DNA of 64,000 nt from Ramazzottius varieornatus (GCA_001949185.1 BDGG01000002.1:6686448-6750447); one strand, 5' to 3'. Shown: positions 1 to 14,341, numbered from the stretch's first letter. Notes: a model not told the origin generated them from the letters alone. Numbers and translations: made by a program.

Positions 1-429
1 GGGTTGGATATGAAGGAGGTTACTTAGAATATAATTAGGTGCAACTCGCAGAATCACTCACGCTGATCATGGGGGATGTAAGTAGACCCCAAGCAAAGAA
101 TTCCAGGAATATGACAACCAAGGCATGGTAGACGCTTGGTTCCCCGAAGATGAAGGACGATCCCTGCAGACACAGAGAAGGTATATCAAGGGGTGATCTC
201 ATAGTCTAGCGCCATGTTCACAAGCATTCATTCGTTCATAAACCTTTCTGCTATCCTTCAGGATGTTTCTATGGTTCTTCAACAACCTCGCCAGCAGCTT
301 CTTGGCCTTCTTCATCAGAGGGTTCTGCCGGGTAGAACGGTAGGAGGAGACGCTGTCCCGCTTCTTGGAACGATCCGGGACGTCGTCAGCGATGACCGTG
401 ATCTGTTCATCGGGCTCGGAAGCAAACAT
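1..429 (-). CDS. MFSD14: MFSD14/HIAT1-type MFS transporter, 5' exons; gene continues off the left edge
   Basis: Exon ~429-244 (MKKAKKLLARLLKNHRNILKDSRK) splices to exon ~163-62, GSSFIFGEPSVYHALVVIFLEFFAWGLLTSPMIS. This matches the HIAT1 signature PSVYHAxIVIFLEFFAWGLLT. Confidence 0.85.
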
Positions 430-964
430 AATCTCCTAGACGAAGCGCCAACTACGCGCGTCCACTCCCGTAGCTTGGCATAAACTTCCCGTTGATGGAT
501 CTCGAATGCGGAAAATTGTCATGGAGTATCACCTGTATGCCGTCAGCGCGGGAACACTGGTTTGGTTCGATCGACACTCGACAGAGACTGGGGTAGAGAA
601 TGAAAAAAAGAATTTATAAAACGAAAATCGCAACGGAAGTGACTTACACATTTCGATCAGGACAATCACAAATCAACTGGCTAACACAAAACTTTGTTGA
701 TTGACTGATCTTAGGGTCCATATTAGTGATATTACCACTTACGAGTGTCGGTTGACAACCCTGATATTAGACTCTGGTCGGTAGCGTATGACGGTGACGA
801 TGACGATGCCATGACGATGATTATCGTCACCGTAGAAAGACGGTCTGATCTTCAGTGTGGCCGGTGACGACACGGTGTCGTATTGACAATAATTTTCCGC
901 TTCGCTTCCGTACAAATTCGCTTTCCTGCCATTTCCATTTTCCACTTTCCGGACAAATTTCAAG

Positions 965-2159
965 ATGGAGTTACATATCCTGTACGCTCTCTACTATAAC
1001 AAGCACATATCCCGAAAGCAGTTCATCATCCTTCGAAGGCGTATGCGCAGTAGAAAGGCGGCTGTTCTGGAAGAAGATGCGAGGAGGGAGCAATCCTTCG
1101 ATCTGGATGACTACTCCGACAAGGAATGCCGTGCCTACTTTCGTTTCAAACGGGAAGCTCTGTTCCAGCTACTGGAAGCCTTTGGGATACCAGACGTCGT
1201 CCGAACACCGAGTCGAGACTCTGCCACCGGACTGGAAGCCCTTTGCATCGTTTTGCGAAGACTGGCGTATCCAAACAGGTGGTTGGAGATGAGGAAAATG
1301 TTCGGACGTTCTCATAGCTCCTTAAACCGACTGTTCCACGCGACACTACGGGTTATTGACCGGTCTTCGAAGGTCTTGAAGACATGGGATCACAGCTGGC
1401 TTAAGGAAGACGACTTCGAAATTTACGCCGATTCCATTGCCGCGAAAGGCGGCCCAGGTGTTATCCGGGATGTATTCGCTTTCATAGATGGAACTGCTCG
1501 TCCCATCTGCCGCCCAATCTTCTACCAACGACAAATGTTCAGTGGTCATGAACGTATTCATTGCACAAAATGGCAGTCCGTGGTTCTTCCCAATGGTAGG
1601 TTGCGAGGAAATTTGGATCATATTCGGTAGCAAACTACAAGCGTACACGCAATCTCAAAGCGTACACGCAATTAAAAGTCCGCATTTTCTCGCAGGTCTC
1701 ATCTTGAACTTGTATGGTGGCCAAAGAGGTTCGATGCACGACAGTCGTCTGTTAAATGAAAGCAAAATCCTGGAAGAACTCCACGAAAAGCAAGCTGGTT
1801 TCGTGAGAAAATACGTGCTTTATGGAGACAGCGGATACGCAAAGAAGAATGGAATACTCCATAAGCCTCGCTCTAGGATCGAAATCCGTCATTCAAAAGC
1901 AAAGAAGGATCAGAACACCCTCATGTCCAAGCTTCGCCAGTCCGTAGAATGGTGCTCTAAAGAAGTCGTCACGAAGTTTGCGTTTGTTGATTTCCGAAAA
2001 CAGATGAAGCTTTACGAGAAGCCAGTAAACAGAATTTATCGCGTGGCTGTGCTGCTTACGAACTGTCACCATTGCTTGTACCCAAATCAGACAAGCAGGT
2101 ATTTTGACCTGGAACCTCCTTCTTTGTTCGAGTACCTTTCTTGCTCGCAAGAGGATTGA
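965..2159 (+). CDS. Harbinger/HARBI1-like DDE transposase (DDE_Tnp_4), 2 exons
   Basis: Motifs FAFIDGT, GSMHDSRLL, LYGDSGY and RQSVEW. GT-AG intron 1596-1695 joins VLPNG|LILNLYG in frame. Confidence 0.9.
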
Positions 2160-2214
2160 TCATACTTCGAGAGATTCATTTTACTTGTTAAGGAACCATA
2201 AAGCGGATACGCCA

Positions 2215-3307
2215 TCAAATAAGATGATTGAATTCATCAAGCGGAATATGAAGTCTCTTTGCCTCTATATCCAGACGACGGCTCTCCAACTCCAGTTCTT
2301 TTGCGCGAAAGTCCAGCTTTTTGGCTTCCAAGTCGTAGGCGTTCTTCAGCTCAGCTTCTTTGAGAGCATACTTTCGTTGTGCGTCTTTCTCGAAAAACCC
2401 AATCCACTTGTCGTCAGAGACCGCCATTTCGGATGGTTTGCTTACACGGGACGCCCGGGCCTTCTTCACTTCTGGTTCAGACTTCTCCGCTTTCTCAGCT
2501 CGGTCTTTGGCTTTCTAAGCCTTCCGATATTCCTTCTCATCTTCCCAGTCATCGTTGCTTCCTCCGGTGGTGTGGACAAATTCTTGCTTCTCAGCTTCCT
2601 CTGCAAAGACAAAAAAGAAGATGTCCATAAATGCGTATACGCAATCAAGGATCAATCAAGGATTATCAATCAAACATGTTGCGGAGTGATTCGTAAGGCA
2701 CACATGACGTCACAGCCGTCTAGGTTACTTACTGCCGGTTCAACCCCTGTTCAGATCCGAACATCTGTGACGTCGTAAACCACGGATATTTGCCCTTACC
2801 GTCAGTTAACTCAGAGGTGTCGCTGTCCAGCGGTCGCTTTGATCGCCCTTTCTCTCCTTCTTCCATCACAGCCTGACTTGCGCTGTCGCTTTCGATGATC
2901 TTTGCAGCCACAGCTTTTGTCTTGTCGATTCGCGCTTTGTTAGAATCATCGATGGCAGACGAGATGCGAATCACCAGCGCTTTTATCTGCCCGTACTGCT
3001 CTTCAGTTCCTGACTTCACTTTGTTCTGCAGGTCGTCTGTACGGTAAGCCTTGACCAAAATGTTGACGCGTGACTGTACTGCTCGCTTGTTCACTGGCTT
3101 TGGAAAAAGCTGTAAACGAAAAGCGTATACGCGAGTTTCAGAGAGAAGCCTTAACAAACGTTTTACCTTTGCATCGTTCAGAGCCTTAACCATCTCGTCC
3201 CAAGCTGCAGACTGACATTCTGCCATGTAAGGGTTCTTGTTGCCCACCAAGTCCAGTAAGTCAAGGTCGTGCAGTGCTTTGAAAACGTTCTTTGTCGACT
3301 GAGCCAT
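2215..3307 (-). pseudogene. Harbinger ORF2, Myb/SANT-like DNA-binding protein with a premature stop
   Basis: LDLLDLV..NPY..AAWDEMVKAL..AVQSRVNILVKAY..SGTEEQY is typical of Harbinger Myb-like proteins. Introns at ~3166-3110 and ~2798-2601. An in-frame TAG at 2515-2517 precedes the C-terminal coiled coil. Confidence 0.72.
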
Positions 3308-3811
3308 GTTTGCTGGAAGATAGTTCATTTGGAAGAAGAAAAACGTGAAGTTGGGCACAGAATGAAATTTTCCAGACTCCGCTCATAGTGTAAACTGGCG
3401 CATACGCTTCCGCTACAAAGCGTTGTCCGCCGCACTGCTCGAAGCGGCCATCCGCCAGCGTGCGGACCGGGAGTAAGGGCGATTTCTTCGAATTTCACCA
3501 CCTCTCACCAGATTTATGGTTTCGTCCCACATTCCAGCTTCCACCAGTCAACTCAGGTGTCAGACTGATGAAAAATCATTTCCCTACGGTTTAATACTGA
3601 GATTGTGCATAAGGAAGCTTTAGGAAGCCATCGACGACCACCCAAAATCCATGACGATCTTTTGCTCAAATACCGTCATGCGATAGCTTCACCGTCACGA
3701 TAAAGGTACTCTCCACCCATTTTTGATGACGTGAAGGAGCCATCGTCATCGTATGGTCACCGTCATGCGCTACCGACCAGAACCTAATACATTACGGTAG
3801 CGACTTCTCAG

Positions 3812-4099
3812 TAGAGTTGCTGGAAATTCTCCATTTCCTGCATAAATCTGCGATTGGCTCAATTCGACTACTTTGTTCAGCCTCTTTACCGGCTGAATGC
3901 ACGCAATGCAAATTTCCATCAACCAAGCAGTCTTGTAGTTGTTCAGCGTTCGAGTGTATCTAGTCAAGTCAAACGGTGTCGGAACCGCTGTTTTCACGTG
4001 CGTGTCGTCATGTTCTGATGCTCACTGCACACCTGCGCTCGACACCTGTTCCTTCATTCGCCAAATTCGCCAAAAACTGAGAAATTTCCAGCAAGTCTA
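3812..4099. mobile_element. hAT-type MITE, 288 bp
   Basis: TIR TAGAGTTGCTGGAAATT / AATTTCCAGCAAGTCTA. Perfect 8-bp TSD CTTCTCAG at 3804-3811 and 4100-4107. Confidence 0.85.
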
Positions 4100-4280
4100 C
4101 TTCTCAGTCTGTTGACTCTATACACAAGATTCCAGGCAGACGCGCCGCACCCGAAGTACGCCAGGTTAAAGCTATCCGTCAGAAGATCTACCTACATAGT
4201 ATTATAAGAGAAAGATCGGAAACCCCTCCGGTTTTATTGGAAAAAATAACAAAATTTCTGATGCACAGGAGCCGCATATA

Positions 4281-4449
4281 CAGTGTACGACAAAATAAAC
4301 CGTCAAAAATGTGTGCTGGATGGAACCAGATGGATAAAGCCAATGAAATTTACGCATACAGCAAAATATAATTCTCATTGGCTGAGTTGTAAATAAGCTC
4401 TAGCTGCTGTGTTACGCCCATTTTTAACGGTTAATTTTGTCGTACAATG
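4281..4449. mobile_element. Tc1/mariner-type MITE, ~169 bp
   Basis: TIR CAGTGTACGACAAAATAAACCGTCAAAAATG versus right end revcomp CATTGTACGACAAAATTAACCGTTAAAAATG. TA on the left flank; right flank reads TT. Confidence 0.75.
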
Positions 4450-7000
4450 TTAGACATTCATAATTGCGCCAATTGATCTGACAATACTGTGTGCACGTGT
4501 GCGCACAACTGGCTGTCCGGCCAAATAAAATACGTGCGCATGCGCAAAATGCGAATTCAGGCGTGGTTTCACCCAGGAACCGTGTGTATTCCGACCTCAT
4601 CTCGGAACTCGTCCAGCTTCCTAACGGTAGAAAACTGAAACATGCCTGATACCTTACTAACCGATATGTAAGTTCGAGACTGTATCGCAAAATGTCCAGA
4701 TCTTCCATGGCTGCTAAGTCCACAAACTTTGCTTAGTTTTGCTTCATGTATAGTTTAGCTTGCTATTCGTACCTGGAGCCATTCAGTTTCGTACCGGTAC
4801 GTATTAAGTTGGGAAGGTGCTGGTTTGGTCGATGTTGGACCGAGGTTCTCGAGCTAAAAAGCTCGGCTATCCGAGGCAGTGTTGTTCCGATACAATGTAT
4901 ATTAATGCATAAGCAGAACTCAATTCCGATATGGCCCGCTGTAGCCATAGACTTGACATGGGCGACCTGATTCGAATTAGTTCCGCTGTCGTATCGGAAC
5001 AACACTGCTCCGAGGTCTTCGATGATGTGCGCCGGTTCTATGAACTAGAGGTTCGAACTCATTATGTGGAAGACTGTCAAATGGGATGCTCCCTTCCCCT
5101 GTGAGTGCCTTCAACACAGCGATGCGTCCCTATAAGTGCGCTCATTCATTCATCTGCAGCCGCTGCTTCAAATGGGATCAAGTTATATAAATGTACAACT
5201 CCATGTCAGTCATCAGTCGACGCTAATTTCCAACTACTTCAACTCCAAAGGGGAAGCGCTCGCGGCGTACCGCGATGTAGAAGTACGACAAGTCTTTTCT
5301 GACTCCGCCTCAAGCGGGCAGAAAGTCTTAATCCTTCATAGCTACACGGTACAGTATTGATAGTTGTCCCTGTCCACAAATCGGCTTTTGACTCTCATTA
5401 AAAAGTGGCTCTATCTTCCGCTGCTATGCGTCGAGGTCCGCGCCGCTGCCGCCGGCCTTGCCATGTTCTTTGCGTTCACTCAACACGATCTGTTTGTTTA
5501 GAGAGAAAATTCAATGTGCTGCTTAGCCGCTCGACCGAGTGATCCCCATAATGCACTATTTCCCAAACGGCCGAAAACGGCTGCATTCGCCCACAAATCT
5601 AGATCGCTCGCACTCTCACTCTCCCCTGGCATCATCTCAGTTTTCTCTTCCATTATCCTGTCCGACTTCTTGTTTCATGAATGAACAGTAATGGGGACAA
5701 CTAAGAAATCTCGGTTGACTTTTGTTAACCGTGAATACATCAGTATTAGTGTTTAACAGAAATTCGGGGAACCCGGTAACGTGTGCCAGTCGTGTATTGG
5801 TTGATTGACTTGAGCTTTGTGTTCCGCAGATCTTGGTCGACGCAGTTTGATGAGGAAGTAATCTGTGCGATGGAAAAGGCAGTCAAGCGAAGCCTTAACG
5901 ATATTGGGATTCCGCGAACCGCGGTTCCGCTTTGTGCTTCTCCACAAACTTCTTTTGTCATTCGGAGACTGATTGCCATTTGACTGCATATCATCAAGCC
6001 GATTTTTTAACCACTGCGCTCCTCGTAAGGAAAATTTACATGATTGCGACTGGTTCTTTCTGATGGAACTTTATGACTGTGCAGCAAACGTCTCCTTTGC
6101 AAAACTTTCCATTCTTCTCTTTTTTTTTTCTTCCTGCAGTCGACATCAATTAGCGTGGGGGATTGGTGGAATGTGGAGGAATGGAAGTTACAATTGGTCC
6201 GACTAATTTCCCCTTATCAACGCTGAGTGCGCGGCATGTCATGGAGGATTACTGGGCTTAGTGATCATTTAGTTGCTGGCGGGCTATTCGCTCGCGTTGT
6301 GATACTTATCCCGGTTCTGTCGTTACAATAGTGCAAGCTAACTCAGCAGCTGAGTGAAGACCCGGGAAGAATGTGTGTGCTGAAGGGTTATTGCGCAGCA
6401 TGAAACCTGGCTTGTCGCCGGAAATGAGTTGCCTCGTCACAGCCATGTCGCCCAGAAGCCAGCGCTTCCCGGCTGTCATCTACACTTTGTTTATTTTCCT
6501 TCAACTTGCCGTGATAGATGTGGTCGCTCTTAGCGAAAGTGTCGCTGTTGGTACGTTCGAAAATCGAATTCCACAAAAATGCTGACTCCGTATTTGACCT
6601 TCTATATCTGAAATATTTTTCGTTAGAAAAGACTGGTAACCGTTTTTAGATTGAAGAACTAGTTTCAAACATGAAATTTTGAAAGAAACCAGTTTGCAGA
6701 AGTACACTAACGTTTAGATGGTAAGACGTCGAAGAACATCATTTCGGAGTTCAAAGTATTTTACGAAATGGACGATGATGTTTGGAATTTTGATGGCACG
6801 CTGCTGCTTTCCGATTCAGCAGTTCAGTTTTATTTATGGGCCAATTAGACCGAAAATAGGCACTTGAGTGCAATGATTTCTTGACGGTGAAATCATAGCG
6901 GCATCTGCTGCTCGTTTATGGCGACAGCGTGGACACGGAGCAGGTCACCGGTCACAGTATCCCTCAAAATGTAATCCTGATCTCTTTCCGATTATTGCAG

Positions 7001-10000
7001 TGGGACTCTTTGACGAGTCCTCGTCGGATCTCAAGTTTGTCTTCGATTATGCTATCAGCAAGGTCAACAATGAGCATTCTCTGAGGATCGCCGACACTCG
7101 ACTCGATGGGAAGAAACACGATGTCCCGCGCCTCGACTCCTTCCGGGCTTCCAAACAAGGTACACTCGTACTTTAAAATTAATCAGCGAGTAAGCCATCG
7201 TGGAGATGTTCAGTCCTTCAAACCAGGTCAAAATTTGAACTCGGAAACTTACTGTATCTTGAATGTGGTACAGGAAACATATCGTTTCATTTATTATTAT
7301 GACGAGCTTGCCCACAGCGAAGTCTACGGTTGTTTTCTGATCCAGTGTTCCTGTTGATATAGTTTGTCGGATCTTGCACGAGCAAGTGTTGGCCGTGCTG
7401 GGTCCGCAAGATGCTTTTGCTGGCTACAACGTACGATCGATCTGTGCGGCTCTAGCTATCCCTCATGTGGAAGCGCGCTGGGACTTCCGCATTCGTCCGC
7501 GTAATCAGTCCATGTCAATCAATGTCTATCCTGATTACCGCGCATTCAGCAAAGCCTTCCACGATATCGTTCGTCTCTGGCAATGGAGGTAATTATTCCA
7601 GCCCGCCTTTTTCTTTTATCCCACAACACCGCCCATTTTTCTTTCTTTCCGCCTACAGTTCGTTCACTATTTTATACGAGACCAACGAAGGCATCATCAA
7701 GCTGCAAGAGCTGTTGCGTGGGGCGACCCGCATGCGCATCTCCTTGCGGCAGCTGAAGGGACCCAATTATCAGGACGTCCTCAAAGACCTGCGAGCCAGT
7801 GGAGAGTCGCGCATTATCCTCGACTGTCAGGCCAGCAAAGTGCCGGAAATCCTACGGCAAGCTCAACAACTGAAGCTCACGTCGCCCTATTACCAATATT
7901 TGCTCACAACCCTGGTTAGCATATCACTTTCCTGTCAGTGGCTTTTGCTCGTTTTTTTCGTTTTAGCAGCTGCTTCCGTCTAGGAAGAAATTCGGTGTTT
8001 GTTTTACATTTTCTCGGAACGGGGTCTTCTTGTAGGACATTCATACGATCGATCTCTCGGCATTCATCCACGACTTCATCAATATTACCGCCTTCCGTTT
8101 AATTGACCCGAACAACGTCGAGGTTCGCAACGCTGCGCGCGGTTGGACCTACTCGCAAATTACACCCGGCTCCTTGGCCACCGTCCCTGAAGAACTAATC
8201 GTGACGGTACAACTATGCCTTCCTTTCCCGTGCACGAGTTTTGTCAGCCCGCAAAGATTGACCATTTTATTTTTTGATAGACTGAGAGTGCCCTCTTTTA
8301 CGATGCCATAATGTTGCTAGTGGAGGCACTCAGAAAGCCGGAATCGCAAATCTTGTATCCGGTCGCTGTTAGTTGTGAACAAGAAAGGAACTGGGCGCAA
8401 GGCCGGGACTTGGTGGAGACGCTGGCTAAGACGGAAATTAAGGGTTTGTCGGGAGTGATCAAATTCGATGAAAATCGAACACGCTCTGATTTCCATCTGG
8501 ATATCATCCAGCTGCTGGCACAAGGCTTGCAGGAGGTAATAAATAATCGAGGAACGCATTTCTCCCTTGCTCGCTGATCTTCCAACGCTCTACGAGTCTG
8601 TTACTTTTAGCGCTCTTCAGCATTTTACTCGGCATTTTCGATCATTTTAGTCTGAAATGTTCGTTTGACATTATTTATATTTGCAACCGTGTATGTCGGT
8701 GGTTTGCAGGTAGGGTACTGGAATCAAACCGATGGAGCCGTCATCTCCTGGAACTACACCGATCACATGGCGCAGGTGGCAGCTTCTGTCAGGAACCGGA
8801 CGTTACGAGCAGTCACCGTTATCGAAGCTCCCTACGTGATGCTGAAGCCTGACCATGCTAAGCGAGTTGGCAATGACCGTTACGAGGTAAGGCCAGAACA
8901 GGGTTACCAGGAAAAAAACTGGCCGTACGGTTCTGCTCTTCCAGGGATATGCCGTGGACCTCATGTATAAAATTGCCAGTGAGGTCGGGTTTAACTTTAC
9001 CCTGGAAGATCTCGATGTTACCCACGGTGTTCCGGATCCCAAAACCGGCGAATGGAACGGCTTGATCCGCGAGCTGATTGACAAACGGGCCGACTTGGCT
9101 ATCGGCGGCATCACGATCAGCTATAACCGCGAACAGGTCGTGGACTTTACGAAACCCTTCATGCACCTGGGAATCAGGCAAGTCTCTTCCAAAAGTACGA
9201 GGTAAAGGTCGTAAACTTAGGCGCCCCATACCGGGTTTGTAAAGTTAGCCACGGCTGTAGCGTCTATTGCTTGATTGATCATTTGATTGCTAGTCTTCGC
9301 TTTTTAACATGGGATTCAACGTTTTTTTAATTGAGGATCTCTTGGATTCTCCGAGTCTTCACGTTGACTGTACCTAAGATCATTCGACAGCCCATTATTT
9401 TATCTATCGATCTATCCATAAATGTTTGGGAGTAAGTAGGAGAGAACAGGCGAACTTAGACGGCTAACTATACAAACCCGGTATGCGGCGGCTAACTTTA
9501 CAACCTTTCCCTCGTACTGGTTTGCGCTGGCTTAATGTCTAAACGAGTCTCGGGATGTAGTATTCTGTACCGGAAGCCGGATAAGAAGCCGCCCGACCTA
9601 TTCTCTTTCCTTCACCCACTAAGTCCCGATGTCTGGATGTACATGGTCACGGCCTATGTGTGTGTATCCATCGCAGTCTTCATTCTGGCCAGGTTCTCCC
9701 CATACGAGTGGTACAATCCCCACCCTTGTAACGAAGACGGCGACGTGGTGGAGAACCAGTTCACGATATTCAACTCTTTATGGTTCACGGTCGGTTCGCT
9801 GATGCAGCAAGGTTCTGATATCGCACCAAGAGCCGTATCAACCCGAGTCGCTGCTGGCTGTTGGTGGTTCTTCACATTGGTATGCTTTCTGCTTTCTCTC
9901 ATTCTTTCCTTGTTTTTTCCCAGCGAAATACAGCGTGGAAAGTCACCATTTGCGACGTCGGCGGTGTACTCGACTTGATCGCTTCTTAAATGGCGCACGT

Positions 10001-11130
10001 TCCCGTGGTAGTTGGACGGAAGTGTGCGCCACTTCGCAAACCGCACATATTCAAATCATTTGCCGACGTTCCATTTCCTAACATCATTCCGTTTTATTTT
10101 AGATCATGATCAGCAGCTACACAGCCAACCTGGCCGCTTTTTTAACGGTAGAACGCATGAAGCTGCCGATCGAAAGTGCGGAGGACCTGTCCAAGCAGAC
10201 AGAAATCAAGTACGGCTGCTACTACGGTGGCGCCACCTACAATTTCTTCAAGGACTCCAAGCTCCCCATCTACAAGCGGATGTGGGAGTTTATGAGCCAG
10301 GATCCGTCCAATTTTGTCAAGAAGGGCTCTGCCGGTATTGAACGAGTCAAGAAGGAAAAGTATGCCTACTTGATGGAATCGGCATCGTTAGAGTACACCA
10401 TCTACCGTGATTGCGATTTGACACAGATCGGCAGTCTTCTGGACTCCAAAGGCTTTGGTATTGCCACACCTCAAAGTAAGCACAAAAACTAGCTCTCAGA
10501 AACAGTGAAAACCGTAAGTTCAGTGTGTGAAGTGAATTCTTTGCTGCTTGGATTTAATATTTTCGAAACTCCTTTATCCGCGTACCCGACAACGTGTACA
10601 CAATGGCCATTACTCTACAGATTCGCCATACAGAGACGAGATCTCGAAAGCCATCCTGAAGTTGCAAGAAAGCAGCGACCTGCAGCTGATGAAGGACGAC
10701 TGGTGGAAAAACCGCAGCAACACGGGGGAGAAGTGCGAACAGACTAAACCTCAAGACCAGGCTAGCGAACTAGGCCTGGCTAATGTGGGAGGGGTATTCG
10801 TTATCCTGTTAGCTGGTCTGGGTATAGGCGTGGCTGTTGCCATATTGGAATTCGTATGGAAAGCTAGGCAGAGCGCCTCTCATTACCGCGTAAGTTAACT
10901 TCTCACGTACTGTAGAAGCTTCATAAAGTAGCACATGTTTGGGCTAATTATTGATTATGTAGGAGCCCATTATGACCGAGATGGCACGAGCTCTACGTTT
11001 TGCCGTAAGGTTACATGGGTCTTCGAAGAAGCCAGTGGTGCGGCCTTCGCAGGATAATTTGGAGCACAGCAATTACGAATCGTCCAACCCCACTTCCGTT
11101 CCTCTGGGTCGAGGAAAATATCTCATGTGA
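7001..11130 (+). CDS. Ionotropic glutamate receptor, kainate-like (multi-exon; signal-peptide exon not located)
   Basis: ATD ([10 protein letters not shown]), S1 ([43 protein letters not shown]-type segment), M2 [16 protein letters not shown]3 [14 protein letters not shown]2 ([17 protein letters not shown]), M4 NVGGVFVIL. Stop TGA at 11128-11130. Confidence 0.93.
9198..9514. mobile_element. Mariner-type MITE, 317 bp, in an iGluR intron
   Basis: ~55-bp imperfect TIRs CGAGGTAAAGGTCGTAAACTTAGGCGCCCCATACCGGGTTTGTAAAGTTAGCC. TA duplication at 9196-9197 and 9515-9516. Confidence 0.85.
9951..10073. repeat. Intronic fold-back element copy 1 (core 9987-10035), iGluR
   Basis: TGCGACGTCGGC...AAATGGCGCAC-N25-GTGCGCCACTT...CATTTGCCGACGTTCCA. 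Confidence 0.85.
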
Positions 11131-11349
11131 CAACGCTTGAAAATACAGTTTTATGGTACTACCGTTTGCCCGGTCTTGATACACTAATTCGGCGTTCTCG
11201 GCAGTACCCCGCTGCCTATCTTAGAATAAATTTTCACGGAACTCAAAGACATGACGCATTATGATTACAGATATTCCGGCAACCCAGATAAGGGCATGCT
11301 TTGATGGAAGTACAAAACCTACGGAAACAAAAAACGCTCAGGATCGAGA

Positions 11350-13155
11350 GAAACATCTCCAACGATTACCAACACGTGTACGGCAGACTTGTATTTAGAG
11401 CCTTGCACACTTTAGCGGGATTCCAATACGCAAGCGTCACAAAGGCCCCTGCAAGCACAGCATGCCTGTTATCTTGGCGAACGATTGTAGCAATAAGAAA
11501 ACCCTTTTTCTAATGTACCGAGCCATGAAATCCTGGATCGGGCCAGACTTACCGAAGAGTTGTTATCGAAACGTTCCAGAAATGGTCTTTTCAGTTTCTC
11601 TTCGTGCACCTCTTTCAGGTTTGTCCATGCTGCATCGACGTTCTCTACGGAAGGATCTTCTGTCAGGAACAGGGTTCGTTTAGCCACATCCTTCTTACCC
11701 AGAAAAACTGCGAAAAAACTTCAAGAGTCAAAACGATATAGTAATGATGCTATTATCGAAAAATGTGAAAATTTTCTGCCACTTAGATCACTGTATCACG
11801 ATTCACGAGTCTTTTTCCAACCTACATCCTAGGGTGACTTTCGTAGGGTCCGCTGGGTCTCCGCACCGGAAGCTGACGCGGAGTACATTCCACATCGTAC
11901 CATATATGCTCCTTAAATAGAGGAACCGAATGTATCAGCTAAGAACGGCAACGAGCAGCGAGATTGTAGTTCATTAGAGTGTAACGTAGAAGTAAAAACA
12001 AAGCACAGTATTGAAACCAGCAATCCAAAAACCTTACTTCCAATATTCAAGACCGTCCTCCACTTCACTAATGTCGCGAGTTATTTCAGCGAAACGGGCT
12101 TCGTCCTGTGCATCTTCTTCCTCCGCAGCTCTTTGCAGCTCCCTTCAAGGTAACAGCAGGGTCAACCGTTTTGATATAAAAGTGGAGCCAACACCACGAA
12201 CGGAATCATTGTCCGACTCACGTCAGCGTTTCATCCAGTCGTTTGAGTTTGTCACTTTGCTCCTTGTAAGTGAGCTTAAGTTCGTGCAGGTTGCTCTTTT
12301 GTTGATCTCTGTCGAAGCTCTTCCCTTCAACTGCACGTGTCAGGCTGCAGAATGCGGCGACTATTTTCGGATAGATGTCCGTTTCCTTTTCGCCAGCGGT
12401 ATCTGTAGCTAACGTTGCTGGTGCACCCCTACAACAAGACACTATTAGGCTGAAGTTGCTCGATGGACTCGGCCAGTATCCGATCATCCCACAGCTTTAT
12501 ATACACTCAAGAAGACGGTGCAACTGACATTTCAGCCATATTTGATCCGTTAAGCGACGTAGCCTGGGCGCAGGAAGCCAAACGACGACGTGAACACCAC
12601 CAGCTTAGCTTGCTTTTATCGCGAAGCCTCCGATGAGATGATACTGATAGATGATGCCAGAAATACAGCTCCTGCTGTCTCCACCCTGCAGTCCTTTTCG
12701 ATGATGCTGAACGGTAGGATAAGATCCGAGATTCTAGAACAAGAGAAAAGAAGTTTGTTAACTTTGTTTCAAAGAAAAGAATTGTGTCTTGTTATGGATT
12801 TTAAATGTTTTTTTGGTTCTCTTGTCAGCTTGTGATGTCAGGCATTACTCACACAGTGACACATGCTGTCGTCTGCCGAGGACTGTACGATCAGCTGTTG
12901 GATGTGAAGGAAGTGGTTACGGTTGATTGTTGTTTGAGTCAAACTAGGAAAAAGCGGGTAACACATCCCGATATCATGACCCGATTTTTCGCAGTCCCCG
13001 TTCCTCCATTTTCTGATCTTCGGATTCTGGAACGTGATTAGTTTGCTCTTACTGAACATTTTTGACACGCTCTCACAATCCAGATCTGTGGAGCACTGAA
13101 ATTTTGTGCTTGGTGTTGGGAGCAACTGCGCGAGATCCGGTTGATCGTTTTGCAT
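11350..13155 (-). CDS. Uncharacterised multi-exon coiled-coil protein (exon structure unresolved)
   Basis: Minus-strand ORF pieces bounded by splice-like sites, e.g. YPKIVAAFCSLTRAVEGK..LHELKLTYKEQSDKLKRLDETL, RELQRAAEEEDAQDEARFAEITRDISEVEDGLEYWK and VDAAWTNLKEVHEEKLKRPFLERF. No family recognised. Confidence 0.45.
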
Positions 13156-13247
13156 CGTCTCGCCTGACGCCTTTTCTAGCAGGTTTCACCGAGTCGAGCA
13201 GAGGCACATATTCTCGTTCCTGACCAACTACCGCATCCTGCTTAAAG

Positions 13248-14341
<1,094 letters not shown>

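Larger units (their letters stand above)
768..3786. mobile_element. PIF/Harbinger-superfamily DNA transposon, two-ORF structure
   Basis: Imperfect ~30-bp TIRs: left TAGACTCTGGTCGGTAGCGTATGACGGTGAC, right (revcomp) TAGGTTCTGGTCGGTAGCGCATGACGGTGAC. Subterminal ATGACGATG/CATCGTCA repeats. Contains convergent transposase and Myb-like ORFs. The TSD is ambiguous (AT, TA or TWA), so ends are +/-2 bp. Confidence 0.88.

Noticed and set aside
4186-4230. TCTACCTACATAGTATTATAAGAGAAAG resembling a Helitron 5' end
   Set aside because: No convincing 3' hairpin plus CTRR terminus found.
9790-10073. Fold-back hairpin in the intron after the iGluR Q/R-site exon as an ADAR editing-complementary sequence
   Set aside because: The element pairs with itself, not with the MQQG exon, and occurs in many unrelated genes.
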